Below, in pieces: positions 8,726 to 17,300 of a stretch of 22,353 bases of DNA. The position numbers and the translations under genes are program-made. The notes under the pieces were generated by a model. The model was not told where the DNA came from and ran no database searches. It was given only the letters and a program-made list of their open reading frames with translations. Source of the stretch: an uncultured archaeon. Lineage in GTDB: Archaea > Asgardarchaeota > Heimdallarchaeia > Heimdallarchaeales > Kariarchaeaceae. The stretch spans positions 28,414-50,766 of the forward strand of contig CAZYCQ010000016.1 in assembly GCA_964645535.1 (NCBI GenBank), written 5' to 3'. Numbering within the stretch: position 1 is the first letter of the stretch; each line of letters begins with the position of its first letter.

Positions 8726-10197
8726 ATATATTGCTTGATTTTTTGGAAAGAGGCATAAACAAGGCCGTCATTTGTCAATGATTCCAAAACGCTGTGATCG
8801 ATCTGATCACTCATGATTGCACCTAATAGATAGGTCGCGTTTCTTTCTCGTGCTGCCTCTATCATACGGGGTGATATTACCCCATCGATAAGTACGGAAT
8901 GGACTTTGTCAAGGCTTGTCAGATAATCGTAAGCCTGTGCTGTTGGAACAGTCTGGATTGGATTGTAGTTTTCATCGAGGAAAACGGTTCTCAGAGAGTG
9001 CTTGATTTTCCGGATCATGGAAATGAGCGGTCGAGGTACGGTATGTACAATCACCTTTCGGGCTGTCCTTCTTCTTGGTTCTGAAGAACTTCTCTTACTG
9101 TACCTTGGCAATTTCCGTTGACCTTTTCCTTTGGAATAGGATTTGGTAAACTTTCCAGATGATATCTTTGGTTTCTTGAGTTTTGCCACAGTCTTTTGTC
9201 CTGAACTCTTCTTCAATTTCATCTCAGAGAGTCTTTTGGATGGTTTTTGTTCTGGTGGCTCAACTTTCACTTTGGCAACCTTGGATTCTTTCTTGGTCAC
9301 CAACGACGAAGCCTTTCGTCTCCTCTTTCCATGTTTGGATCGTTGAAAATCGGAAATCTTGTCATCATAGTGGAGAAATCCGGCATCCTCAAGTCTTACT
9401 TTGTTCTCCAAAGCTTTCAGAAGTTGTTTCTTGTCCAGATCTTCAACTTCCTTGTTCTTTGGCGCTCTTGCAACAAAATCAATGGAAATTCCCTGTGAAA
9501 GCAGGTTTTTGAGGATCTGGTCTCCTCCACCATCTCCGTCGAGAAAGACGGTGACGGATTTTCTCTTACAAAGATTTTTCAGAGAAGAGGGAATGTTCGT
9601 ACCTCGAACCTCTACCGCATTGGTGATGTGTGCCTTGAGCAGGTTAAGTACGTCCGCTCTTCCTTCCACAAGAATGATGGATTCAGCATTAAGCAAATCT
9701 GGTCCCGCAGTCAAGGCATCTGGGCCGTATTTGATCGGCTTAAGCACTCTCGCAGTTTTTTCCACGGTTTCAATCAGGTTTTCTATCTCTGGTTCTGGTG
9801 ACCAGGATTTCATGATTTCAGCCGCTCTTTTTGCAATAGTACTACGTTTTTCTTTTCTAACATCTTCAATCGATACAAGTCTGACTTTTGCCTCATTGGA
9901 ACCTACCCGATCAACTGTTTCTAGCGTGGCTGCAATGATGGCTGTTTCAGTCTTGCTCAGGCTGGATGGAACTTCTATGGTTCCAACGGTTTTTCCTTTG
10001 GATCGCTTGATCCTTAGTACAATTCTACCGATTCGTCCAGCTTTTTGGAGTTGTTTGAAATCCATTTCCTCCCCCAGGAGTCCTTCAGTCTGTCCAAACA
10101 GCGCGCCTACGATATCTGACTCATTTGCCATTCCATCTACGGTTATTTCTGCCGTTAATTTGTATTTAATAGATTCTTCATATGTTTTCGCGCCTAT
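8722..10197 (-). CDS. dnaG: Archaeal DnaG (primase-like TOPRIM protein, exosome-associated)
   Basis: Archaeal N-terminal motif KY...VDG...DIVGALFGQTEGLLG...GRIGRI, TOPRIM ILVEGRADV and FLDGDGGG, C-terminal LIDGVIS domain. Start placed at ATA 10197, 7 nt after GGAGGT; the ORF track start at 10422 lies upstream of the apparent TATA box. Confidence 0.93.
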   Translation of the reverse strand: MGAKTYEESIKYKLTAEITVDGMANESDIVGALFGQTEGLLGEEMDFKQLQKAGRIGRIVLRIKRSKGKTVGTIEVPSSLSKTETAIIAATLETVDRVGSNEAKVRLVSIEDVRKEKRSTIAKRAAEIMKSWSPEPEIENLIETVEKTARVLKPIKYGPDALTAGPDLLNAESIILVEGRADVLNLLKAHITNAVEVRGTNIPSSLKNLCKRKSVTVFLDGDGGGDQILKNLLSQGISIDFVARAPKNKEVEDLDKKQLLKALENKVRLEDAGFLHYDDKISDFQRSKHGKRRRKASSLVTKKESKVAKVKVEPPEQKPSKRLSEMKLKKSSGQKTVAKLKKPKISSGKFTKSYSKGKGQRKLPRYSKRSSSEPRRRTARKVIVHTVPRPLISMIRKIKHSLRTVFLDENYNPIQTVPTAQAYDYLTSLDKVHSVLIDGVISPRMIEAARERNATYLLGAIMSDQIDHSVLESLTNDGLVYASFQKIKQYI

Positions 10198-10204
10198 AAT
10201 TAAG

Positions 10205-10290
10205 ACCTCCAGTAAGTGGTTTTGTACAAGATGTTGTACTATTGCATAATTTAACGTCCTTTTTCTTTCAATATAAAGGTATATTTGTTC
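10205..10290 (-). promoter_or_regulatory. Putative dnaG promoter (TATA-like CTTTATAT 10278-10271) and Shine-Dalgarno GGAGGT (10210-10205)
   Basis: Motifs read directly on the minus strand; spacing fits a short leader. Confidence 0.55.
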
Positions 10291-10451
10291 TCCAAAATTA
10301 ATGATAGTGCTGGATTTGCACTTCACCTCATCGGAATCCTCAGGAAGTCCTCGATCCAGCATGATCAATTGGATATCTGAAAAAAAAAGTCTTTCCGCTG
10401 AAGACAATTTCTGACATTGCATTTGGAAACCTTTATGTTGACGAGAGTCAG

Positions 10452-11903
10452 ATGAAATTAAACAATGTTCGTTTTGTGAGGGTCATGCATAAGGACGTCC
10501 TTGAGTTCTTCATCATCGCAAATTCCGTGCCTATTCTTCATTTGTACCAAACAATGGAAGGTGATGCGGATTCGGTTCTACGAGCAGGAAGAATCTCGGC
10601 ACAGGACATTTTAGGAGAAGAAACAACCGGGGAACTCATTCAAAAGGAAGTGCTTTCTGATTCTGCAATCTACTATGGACGATGTGGAGAAATATTGGTG
10701 GCGCTAAGAGTCACTTCCTCCATGAGCGATACCGGTTCGCAAAATCTTGTGGAGAAGGCACTCCGATTGGTAGAGGAATACAAAGAGCTGGTGCTGAGAT
10801 CATTCGGAGACAAAACCACCCTCAATCCCCTGACAGAAAGACTGAATCTTCTTCTTGGAAATAAATTCCCTACAAATCCCATGACCATGGCGCGGATCAA
10901 CAAATTCATGGATGAAACAATGAAAAGACTTGACTATATTGACCGCCTCGCGCTTCTGACTTCCGAAGGTTGGATGGTCAACATCTTAGAAAACGATGAA
11001 AGGTCTTTGGGACAAGTTTCCAAATATGCATGGAGAAACGCGGTCGAAATGCTCCATCTTTCATTGGGTGTAGAAAACGAGTCTGTTGTTGTTTCAGATT
11101 CCGAATCTTTTTGGTTTGTATATCCATTGTACTTTGTCGATCCGCTCCAAGCCTCTGGAACCTCTTGGTGGGCATTTGTCATTCAAGTCAACCGGCAAAT
11201 CTCAGAGAAAAACCTACTAGAGAATATCCAAAATGAAATTGAGACCGAATTGCTTGATCCTCTCACCCCCATGGTCGTTAAAATGCTTGAAAGGGAAACA
11301 AGAAACTTTGGACTGACGGGTCCAATAGGTCGATTGTTCTCTCTTGTAGAATATATGGGTGAGGAAAACTTTGAAATTAAGTTTTTTGGAAACAAGATTC
11401 AACTTATCTCCGTAAACGAACGCGGTTACCGATTGATGAAAGAATTTGCATACCAGGGTCATGCAATTTTTGGTTTGATTGTCAAGGAAATCTCTGAACT
11501 CCCTCAATCCACTGCTTTTGCATCAATCCCACGAGAGCTTTTTGAAGAATTGTTTTTGGATTCCATGAAAAGCATTGATTCGTCTGATTTCATCTTTATT
11601 TCTCTGGGATCTCTTCATGAAATTACCAAAAAGAAAATTCTTGAAGAGGTGAAATTCACAAACCATAAGGTTTTGGTTGATCACTTGGAACCAATTCAGT
11701 CAGACACCGCTTTGAATTTTGTCAAAGTCAATGTCGAAGCTCAAGTCGATGATTATGCCATATTCCTTAAAAATGGAACTATCGGGAAATTTCTGCTGAT
11801 TGGTAGGCTGGATGCCTTTGGAAACTATTTTACATTGCTTTCTGCTGACCAGGAGTTTATCAATTTAGCAAAAAATCAGATTGAGCAATTCGAATTATTG
11901 TGA
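10452..11903 (+). CDS. Multidomain protein: N-terminal longin-like domain, roadblock/LAMTOR-like domain, uncharacterised C-terminal region
   Basis: aa ~12-136 fit the Asgard longin pattern (EFFII..VPILH...DSVLRAGRISA...GELIQ...IYY..GEILVALRV...long helix). aa ~146-275 fit roadblock (helix, IDRLALLTSEGWMV, helix, three strands, helix). Start may be ATG 10485. Pattern recognition only. Confidence 0.65.
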   Translation: MKLNNVRFVRVMHKDVLEFFIIANSVPILHLYQTMEGDADSVLRAGRISAQDILGEETTGELIQKEVLSDSAIYYGRCGEILVALRVTSSMSDTGSQNLVEKALRLVEEYKELVLRSFGDKTTLNPLTERLNLLLGNKFPTNPMTMARINKFMDETMKRLDYIDRLALLTSEGWMVNILENDERSLGQVSKYAWRNAVEMLHLSLGVENESVVVSDSESFWFVYPLYFVDPLQASGTSWWAFVIQVNRQISEKNLLENIQNEIETELLDPLTPMVVKMLERETRNFGLTGPIGRLFSLVEYMGEENFEIKFFGNKIQLISVNERGYRLMKEFAYQGHAIFGLIVKEISELPQSTAFASIPRELFEELFLDSMKSIDSSDFIFISLGSLHEITKKKILEEVKFTNHKVLVDHLEPIQSDTALNFVKVNVEAQVDDYAIFLKNGTIGKFLLIGRLDAFGNYFTLLSADQEFINLAKNQIEQFELL

Positions 11904-11907
11904 ATGT

Positions 11908-13533
11908 TTACCTTCTCTTGAACCAAGTGTATGCTAAATAGATGACCAGCAAACCAATGACCAATGCCATGAAACTTCCCCAGAATGGATCAAACAAAGC
12001 TCCTTCCTGTGGGAGGTCTGGTTCAGCTAGTGTGAAAAGAATCGAGCTGCTTTCCATGTTTCCTGCCTTGTCCCAGATTATAAGTTTGACCTCATAATCA
12101 TCAAAATCAGGATAAACGTAGGTAAACTCTGAAAGACCCGTTACATCAACTGCAACTCCATTGCCTAGGTCAAGGGTGGCTAACTCAACTCCTGCATGAT
12201 CGTCGGTAAAGTTGAAGAAGAAGGTAACGGTCCTGTTAAACCTGATCACATTCAGATCTTCAGTATCCTTTGCAAATGAGTTGATGGATGGTTTGACATT
12301 GTCGGTAATGACGGTGTAGATGATTGTGTCATTCAGATTCTTGTCCGTGAATGCTGAAATTGAAACATTGAAATCCTTATTCATTTCCAATGTTGTATTC
12401 ACGGTAGTTGTATTGGCCAAGTTGATGAAATTGGTTGTCTGATTGGTGGTGAGATCCAAAATCTCTACTTCTAGATGTGTGATGTTTCCCTTCGGAACCG
12501 TTGCTGAAGCGTTGATGAACATATTGGGTTCATTGGTGTACACCGTTTGGTTGAAGATCGGAAATTCATGAGGGATTTCAAAATCCAGGGAAAGCTTTGG
12601 CGTTCCATCACCGATCTCAACAGATTGGGTGTCAATAAGGTTAATCAGGATGGTTGTGTTCCTGATATTGTCAAAATTGTAAACTATGGTTCTCCAAATG
12701 ATGGTGGTTCCCGGTTCAAATCTACCAAGAGAAACATTTGCAGAATACTCTCCTGATGTTTGGTTTACAACTACACTGGTGAAATTCACGGTTTTGTATA
12801 CACTCTTTGTAGCTTCCCTCCATTGGACTCCAAAGGTGGCATTTGAATTGTAGCCTGTCCCGTCCAATAGAATGGTTACATTTTCGTTCTGGATATAGAA
12901 TTCATCTTTGGATTTGGTTTCGACACTGAGATCAACTGAAATTAGATTCCTGATCTGATCCCTGTCTTCCGAAATTCCTGAAACCTCGGCATAGAAAATA
13001 ATATAATCTGCCGTAACATTCATAACAATCTTGTATCTAGCAACGGTAACGTTTGCCAATGGATTTTCCGGATCATAGGGAAGAACAAATTCAGTTCGAT
13101 TTTCCGATGTTACATAATCCATCTGTGGAACTGCTTTGTTATTGAAGTCCAATGATGAGTTCATTCCTGGAGCATTGGTGTGGAGCAATGGTTTGGTTGA
13201 TTGTGTTCCATTGACAACTAGGTAGGTGATTGTGTAGTTTTCATACAGATTGCCTTCAATAATAGCGCCAAGGCCAAGGCTATCGTTCCTCTCTCTCAAA
13301 AAGTTGACTGCGGAACCATTTGAGAAGGAAACACTCTCAAGTATCGGTCTTGAAAGGTTTTCACCGATTTGGAGGGTTCCTAGTGTTGGTTGATCCAACG
13401 TATTTCTAAAATTGACCATTTCATGGTTGCTTCGTTCCATCTTCTGGATTTCCGAAGAAAAGACGGGAGACCCAAAAGACAAAATGAGCAATGAGAGGAT
13501 AAACGCCGTTATTGTCATATTTCTGGTTATCAT
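11908..13533 (-). CDS. Cell-surface glycoprotein with Ig/PKD-like domains and C-terminal membrane anchor
   Basis: Signal peptide, beta-rich body, PKD-like LDLGNG...YVYPDFDDYEVKLIIWDKAGN, TM helix + KRR terminus, many N-X-S/T sequons. Confidence 0.85.
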   Translation of the reverse strand: MITRNMTITAFILSLLILSFGSPVFSSEIQKMERSNHEMVNFRNTLDQPTLGTLQIGENLSRPILESVSFSNGSAVNFLRERNDSLGLGAIIEGNLYENYTITYLVVNGTQSTKPLLHTNAPGMNSSLDFNNKAVPQMDYVTSENRTEFVLPYDPENPLANVTVARYKIVMNVTADYIIFYAEVSGISEDRDQIRNLISVDLSVETKSKDEFYIQNENVTILLDGTGYNSNATFGVQWREATKSVYKTVNFTSVVVNQTSGEYSANVSLGRFEPGTTIIWRTIVYNFDNIRNTTILINLIDTQSVEIGDGTPKLSLDFEIPHEFPIFNQTVYTNEPNMFINASATVPKGNITHLEVEILDLTTNQTTNFINLANTTTVNTTLEMNKDFNVSISAFTDKNLNDTIIYTVITDNVKPSINSFAKDTEDLNVIRFNRTVTFFFNFTDDHAGVELATLDLGNGVAVDVTGLSEFTYVYPDFDDYEVKLIIWDKAGNMESSSILFTLAEPDLPQEGALFDPFWGSFMALVIGLLVIYLAYTWFKRR

Positions 13534-13663
13534 AAGTCTAAAACCTACCTGACGGATTAATCAAAGCAATAGCTCGTTTTTCTACGTCTCATGGAAGAAT
13601 TTCGGTTTAAATACATTCTCTTAATGTGCTCAATTCAACTTCAAGAATCTTGGGAAAGTAGCC

Positions 13664-14962
13664 TTAGGGTAACAATTCCAACCTGTCGGGAGGAATGGCC
13701 GCATAACCTGTGAATGTGGTGATCATATTACTATAATGGAGAATCCCAATTGCTTCTTTTGTCAGGTTTTCACATAGGAGAATTGTCCTTAAATCCGTCT
13801 GGAGACTCCCGCCGTACAAACCTTCTGATGACCTACTTTTCGAGTACTTTGTTCCCTGCTTGATCTGGATAGTCACGCTTGGAACTCTCTGGTTAAGATC
13901 CAGTTGAATGTCTGCATCATCAATCAAGACATATTCCTTTTCTCCTAAAATGAATTCTCGTCGGTTCCACCCTCCCTTGAGAAAAAGGTTGGTAAAATGA
14001 CCTGTAGGTGGAATTGAATAGAGTCTCGGCCAAAATTCATATGGTGAAATTTTAAAACCATTTCCGCCATGCTGAATGTACCGCGGATCGATAGACCTCT
14101 CCCTTGGAATTGAAACCGTGGAATCATAGAACCATCTTGGTTGTGTTCTTAGACCTTCATCGTCAATGGTAGACGACGTAAAGGAAAATGGATGGAAAGG
14201 GTCATCAAAAATTGAAAGATCCTCATCAAGGAATGGAGAAATCATTGAAGGATTCTTTCTTATCAAATCCGTGATTTCAATCAATAATTTTCCTAGAACA
14301 TTTGGAGTAAGCACCACAATGGTTTTCTCCTTCAATTTTGTAAACCTTGTCTCCTCCTTGGATTTTACTTCCGTGAGAAACGACCTTTTTTGGATTTCAA
14401 GTTTGGACCCTGAGGTGATCTGTGTATTACTTGACCAGCGAAATTTGATGGCAGGAAACGTATAAGTCAAATGATTTACAATTGCCCGGTTCTGCTCAGA
14501 GACAATAAGGTCTCCTGAGGATGAATTCGAAATTGACTTTTTCTCCTCTATAAAATGGATTGCCTGATGCAAGTTGACATCCGTTATTTCTCCTTCCATG
14601 GCTTCTTCCCTGATTCTTTCCGTCATAGCTTCAGATATTTTTGGAACTGAAACACGATTTTTTTTCAGATCAAGAAAGGTTCTTTCTTCAACAAATGACA
14701 GATTTCCTAATCTTTCTGTAAAATGTGCCATTAAAGACGGTATCTGGGAAAAAGATGCTGTGAAAAATCCCATTTTTCTCTCTTTTGTAATTACGCGGAG
14801 AGCCAATCCTTCTATGTTAGTAGTTTTCTCACTTGGCTTTCCTTCTATCACAATGTTTTGAATTCTGGCATTTTGCACAAATATCTCATATTCCTCGATT
14901 TGCTTGATCTTTGAAAGCCTCCCCTTAATTTCTACAATAAGTGCCTCAAGATCCGTATTCAT
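13664..14962 (-). CDS. pmbA: PmbA/TldE family protein (non-catalytic partner of TldD), divergent
   Basis: GLALRVI...GFF N-terminal motif, LSIFDDP...DDEG, GNG, TNLFLKGG; no HExxGH; ATGA 4-nt overlap with the upstream tldD. Confidence 0.8.
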   Translation of the reverse strand: MNTDLEALIVEIKGRLSKIKQIEEYEIFVQNARIQNIVIEGKPSEKTTNIEGLALRVITKERKMGFFTASFSQIPSLMAHFTERLGNLSFVEERTFLDLKKNRVSVPKISEAMTERIREEAMEGEITDVNLHQAIHFIEEKKSISNSSSGDLIVSEQNRAIVNHLTYTFPAIKFRWSSNTQITSGSKLEIQKRSFLTEVKSKEETRFTKLKEKTIVVLTPNVLGKLLIEITDLIRKNPSMISPFLDEDLSIFDDPFHPFSFTSSTIDDEGLRTQPRWFYDSTVSIPRERSIDPRYIQHGGNGFKISPYEFWPRLYSIPPTGHFTNLFLKGGWNRREFILGEKEYVLIDDADIQLDLNQRVPSVTIQIKQGTKYSKSRSSEGLYGGSLQTDLRTILLCENLTKEAIGILHYSNMITTFTGYAAIPPDRLELLP

Positions 14963-16326
14963 GTCCTAATCCTCACCTCTTCAAACATCATCATGGGAGA
15001 GAGCATTCCAACTCCAAGGGTTCTGCCTTCTTTTGTACAAAATGTGGGATGGTTGATCATGGATTTCCCCAAGGCCTTCAATTTGGGAATAATTTGATTG
15101 AAATCCCAAGATAGCTGCCCTGTAAGATACATCTCCTTCAATTCACCTCGTTCAAATCTTTGGAGATATTGCGGTTGGATGGTGACTCTTCCTCTCATGG
15201 TCTCAGAAAATGCATATGCTGAGGGACCGACAAAAAATCCGCTTTTGGCCTCCTCAAATAGTTCTCCATCATTTCTGTCCCCTGATTCAACAAAAAGATT
15301 GGATTGCCGAACCGATGGAGGTTGTCTTACTGATGGCGCACGGGCATTTCCTGTTGAAAACGTTCCCTCCCTAATTGCAGTGTTCTGGTCATACAGAAAA
15401 GAGTTCAGGATGCCTTCTTCAACGATCACGGTTCCACTTGCCTTATTTCCTTCATCATCAAACCCATAGGTACCAACTCCTGGAATCCCCTTGTCATCAA
15501 TGACGGAAAGCATGGATGGGGCTATCTTTGTTCCTTCGTTTCTGTCAAGGTATGAGGGATGAGTTGTCGATTTCTCGACTGCATGTCCAATTAATTCATG
15601 AATCAAAGTCCAGGCCGCATCATGGGAAAAAATCAAATTTGTGGAAGGTTCCTTAATGGTTCGAGCATTTGGTATGGTTTTTGCCTCCTGAATAAGCGTG
15701 TTCAATGTCTTCACCATCTTTTCCCAAGAAAGGTGCTGTCTCTCATTTCCTCCAATCATTGTTTGCAACTCATTGTATGGATGGCTTTTGTTGGTGAGAT
15801 GGATTGTCATGGTGGCTGTCGGAATGGCTTGAACTATATGGCTCCCAATAGATGAGGTAAAAGTTTTGATGGTGGAAATCGCTTGAAAGTCTAGCTGGAT
15901 TGCAAAATTGTCTCCAAGATTGCTTTTTGCAATCTGCATTAAATCGACTGCCATTGGTTTGATCTTTTCGGTTATGGCATCAAAATCTATATTGCCGATT
16001 TTCAGTTTCCCTTGGGATGAAGAAATGTGTGTCTCATCAATCTTGTCCTCTTTTCTCCTTCGTCTGATCCTTTCTATGAATGAGTTGAGGTCGATACTCC
16101 ATGATCTTAAGTTGTCAGTAGAAAAGAAATCTTCATTTGAATGGGTTCGATGTCTTACGGAAATGCCATAATCCCAGTTCACCTGATCTTGAGCTCTACC
16201 GTCCTCTGTCATGGTGAGTTTGTACCTTCTGGATTTTTCGCTTCTAACTTCAACGATGCCATTCAGCCGTTCCGAAATTTCAAATGCGACCATAAGCAAA
16301 TCGAATGGCTCACTTGAATCCTTCAC
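14959..16326 (-). CDS. tldD: TldD family zinc metalloprotease
   Basis: HELIGHAVE (HExxGH), FDDEG, STGNARA, VRQSNLFVESG and C-terminal C.K.G motif. Confidence 0.9.
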   Translation of the reverse strand: MKDSSEPFDLLMVAFEISERLNGIVEVRSEKSRRYKLTMTEDGRAQDQVNWDYGISVRHRTHSNEDFFSTDNLRSWSIDLNSFIERIRRRRKEDKIDETHISSSQGKLKIGNIDFDAITEKIKPMAVDLMQIAKSNLGDNFAIQLDFQAISTIKTFTSSIGSHIVQAIPTATMTIHLTNKSHPYNELQTMIGGNERQHLSWEKMVKTLNTLIQEAKTIPNARTIKEPSTNLIFSHDAAWTLIHELIGHAVEKSTTHPSYLDRNEGTKIAPSMLSVIDDKGIPGVGTYGFDDEGNKASGTVIVEEGILNSFLYDQNTAIREGTFSTGNARAPSVRQPPSVRQSNLFVESGDRNDGELFEEAKSGFFVGPSAYAFSETMRGRVTIQPQYLQRFERGELKEMYLTGQLSWDFNQIIPKLKALGKSMINHPTFCTKEGRTLGVGMLSPMMMFEEVRIRT

Positions 16327-16447
16327 TAATTTCCAATTTTTGTATACCTTGATAAACCTACTTGGTCACCTTCCTCCAATCCCAGAATAAAGTCATCATA
16401 GTTCCACACGCACCTTTAATAACGTCTTTATTCATTACGTAATTGTA

Positions 16448-17233
16448 ATGGACCTTGACAAAGCTGTAGATGCCCTGATGAAGCTCGGTTGGTCGGAATA
16501 TGAGTCAAAAACCTATGCTGCATTAGTCAAGGTCGGTTTGGCCACTGCATCCCATGTCGCAAAAAACAGCTCTGTCCCTTCGAATAAAGTCTATCAAATT
16601 CTTGACAAACTTAGTGGGAATGGCTTTGTAGAAAAGATTCAGGGTAAGGGGAGTCCCACCCTCTATGTGGCGAAACCTCCAAATGATGTTTTGGCAATGG
16701 TAAGGAAGGAATATGAGGCGCTGCTCATTGAAGCAGAAGTTGCATTGGGCGAAATCCAGGAACGGTTGAAATGGCCTGAATTTCCTATTGCCTATACCAT
16801 TACCAGCAGAAATGAACTGACGTCACATTTGAAAGAGCTGATTATCAATGCAGACAACGAAATCTGCCTGACATTGGATACCTTGTCAGAACTGAACAGT
16901 GGACGCTTAGCCAAACTGCTTATTTCCAAATACCAAGAAGGGGTTAAAATTCGGATTGTCACTAATGTGGCCGGCATAAATGACCCTTATGAGATTGAAG
17001 CCTATCATCGAATTGACCCACTCGAAGTGAGAATTTTAGATGGTGAAATCAATTACATCGCCATGATTGTTGATGAGACATATGGAATCGTGGCCTGCTA
17101 CTCTCTGCATTCAAATGAAGACACCCAAAAGGAATTTACAGGGCTTTTTGTGGAAGACAGATCATTTGCTACAATGTTAAGGCTCTCTTTCATGAGCCAA
17201 TGGGAAAAATCGACCCCTGCGCTGCGAAATTGA
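16448..17233 (+). CDS. TrmB family transcriptional regulator
   Basis: N-terminal wHTH LGWSEYESKTYAAL...VPSNKVYQILDKL..GFVE; C-terminal effector domain (GVKIRIVT, MIVD, F...W). Confidence 0.92.
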   Translation: MDLDKAVDALMKLGWSEYESKTYAALVKVGLATASHVAKNSSVPSNKVYQILDKLSGNGFVEKIQGKGSPTLYVAKPPNDVLAMVRKEYEALLIEAEVALGEIQERLKWPEFPIAYTITSRNELTSHLKELIINADNEICLTLDTLSELNSGRLAKLLISKYQEGVKIRIVTNVAGINDPYEIEAYHRIDPLEVRILDGEINYIAMIVDETYGIVACYSLHSNEDTQKEFTGLFVEDRSFATMLRLSFMSQWEKSTPALRN

Positions 17234-17300
17234 TAACAGAAAGTAAAATTCGCTTTTATTGGTCAGAACAATTAAATAAAAACCTTCACTGTAGGGATTT

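Noticed and set aside
9401-10249. 282-aa plus-strand ORF opposite dnaG
   Set aside because: Ser/Thr/Phe-rich antisense mirror of dnaG codons with no domain signal.
10198-10422. 75-aa N-terminal extension of DnaG in the ORF track
   Set aside because: It spans the apparent TATA box, an A-run and the SD, and does not resemble DnaG; probably intergenic.
13664-16326. tldD/pmbA as part of a RiPP cluster
   Set aside because: No precursor peptide, YcaO, radical SAM or exporter gene nearby; TldD/PmbA pairs are common housekeeping genes in archaea.
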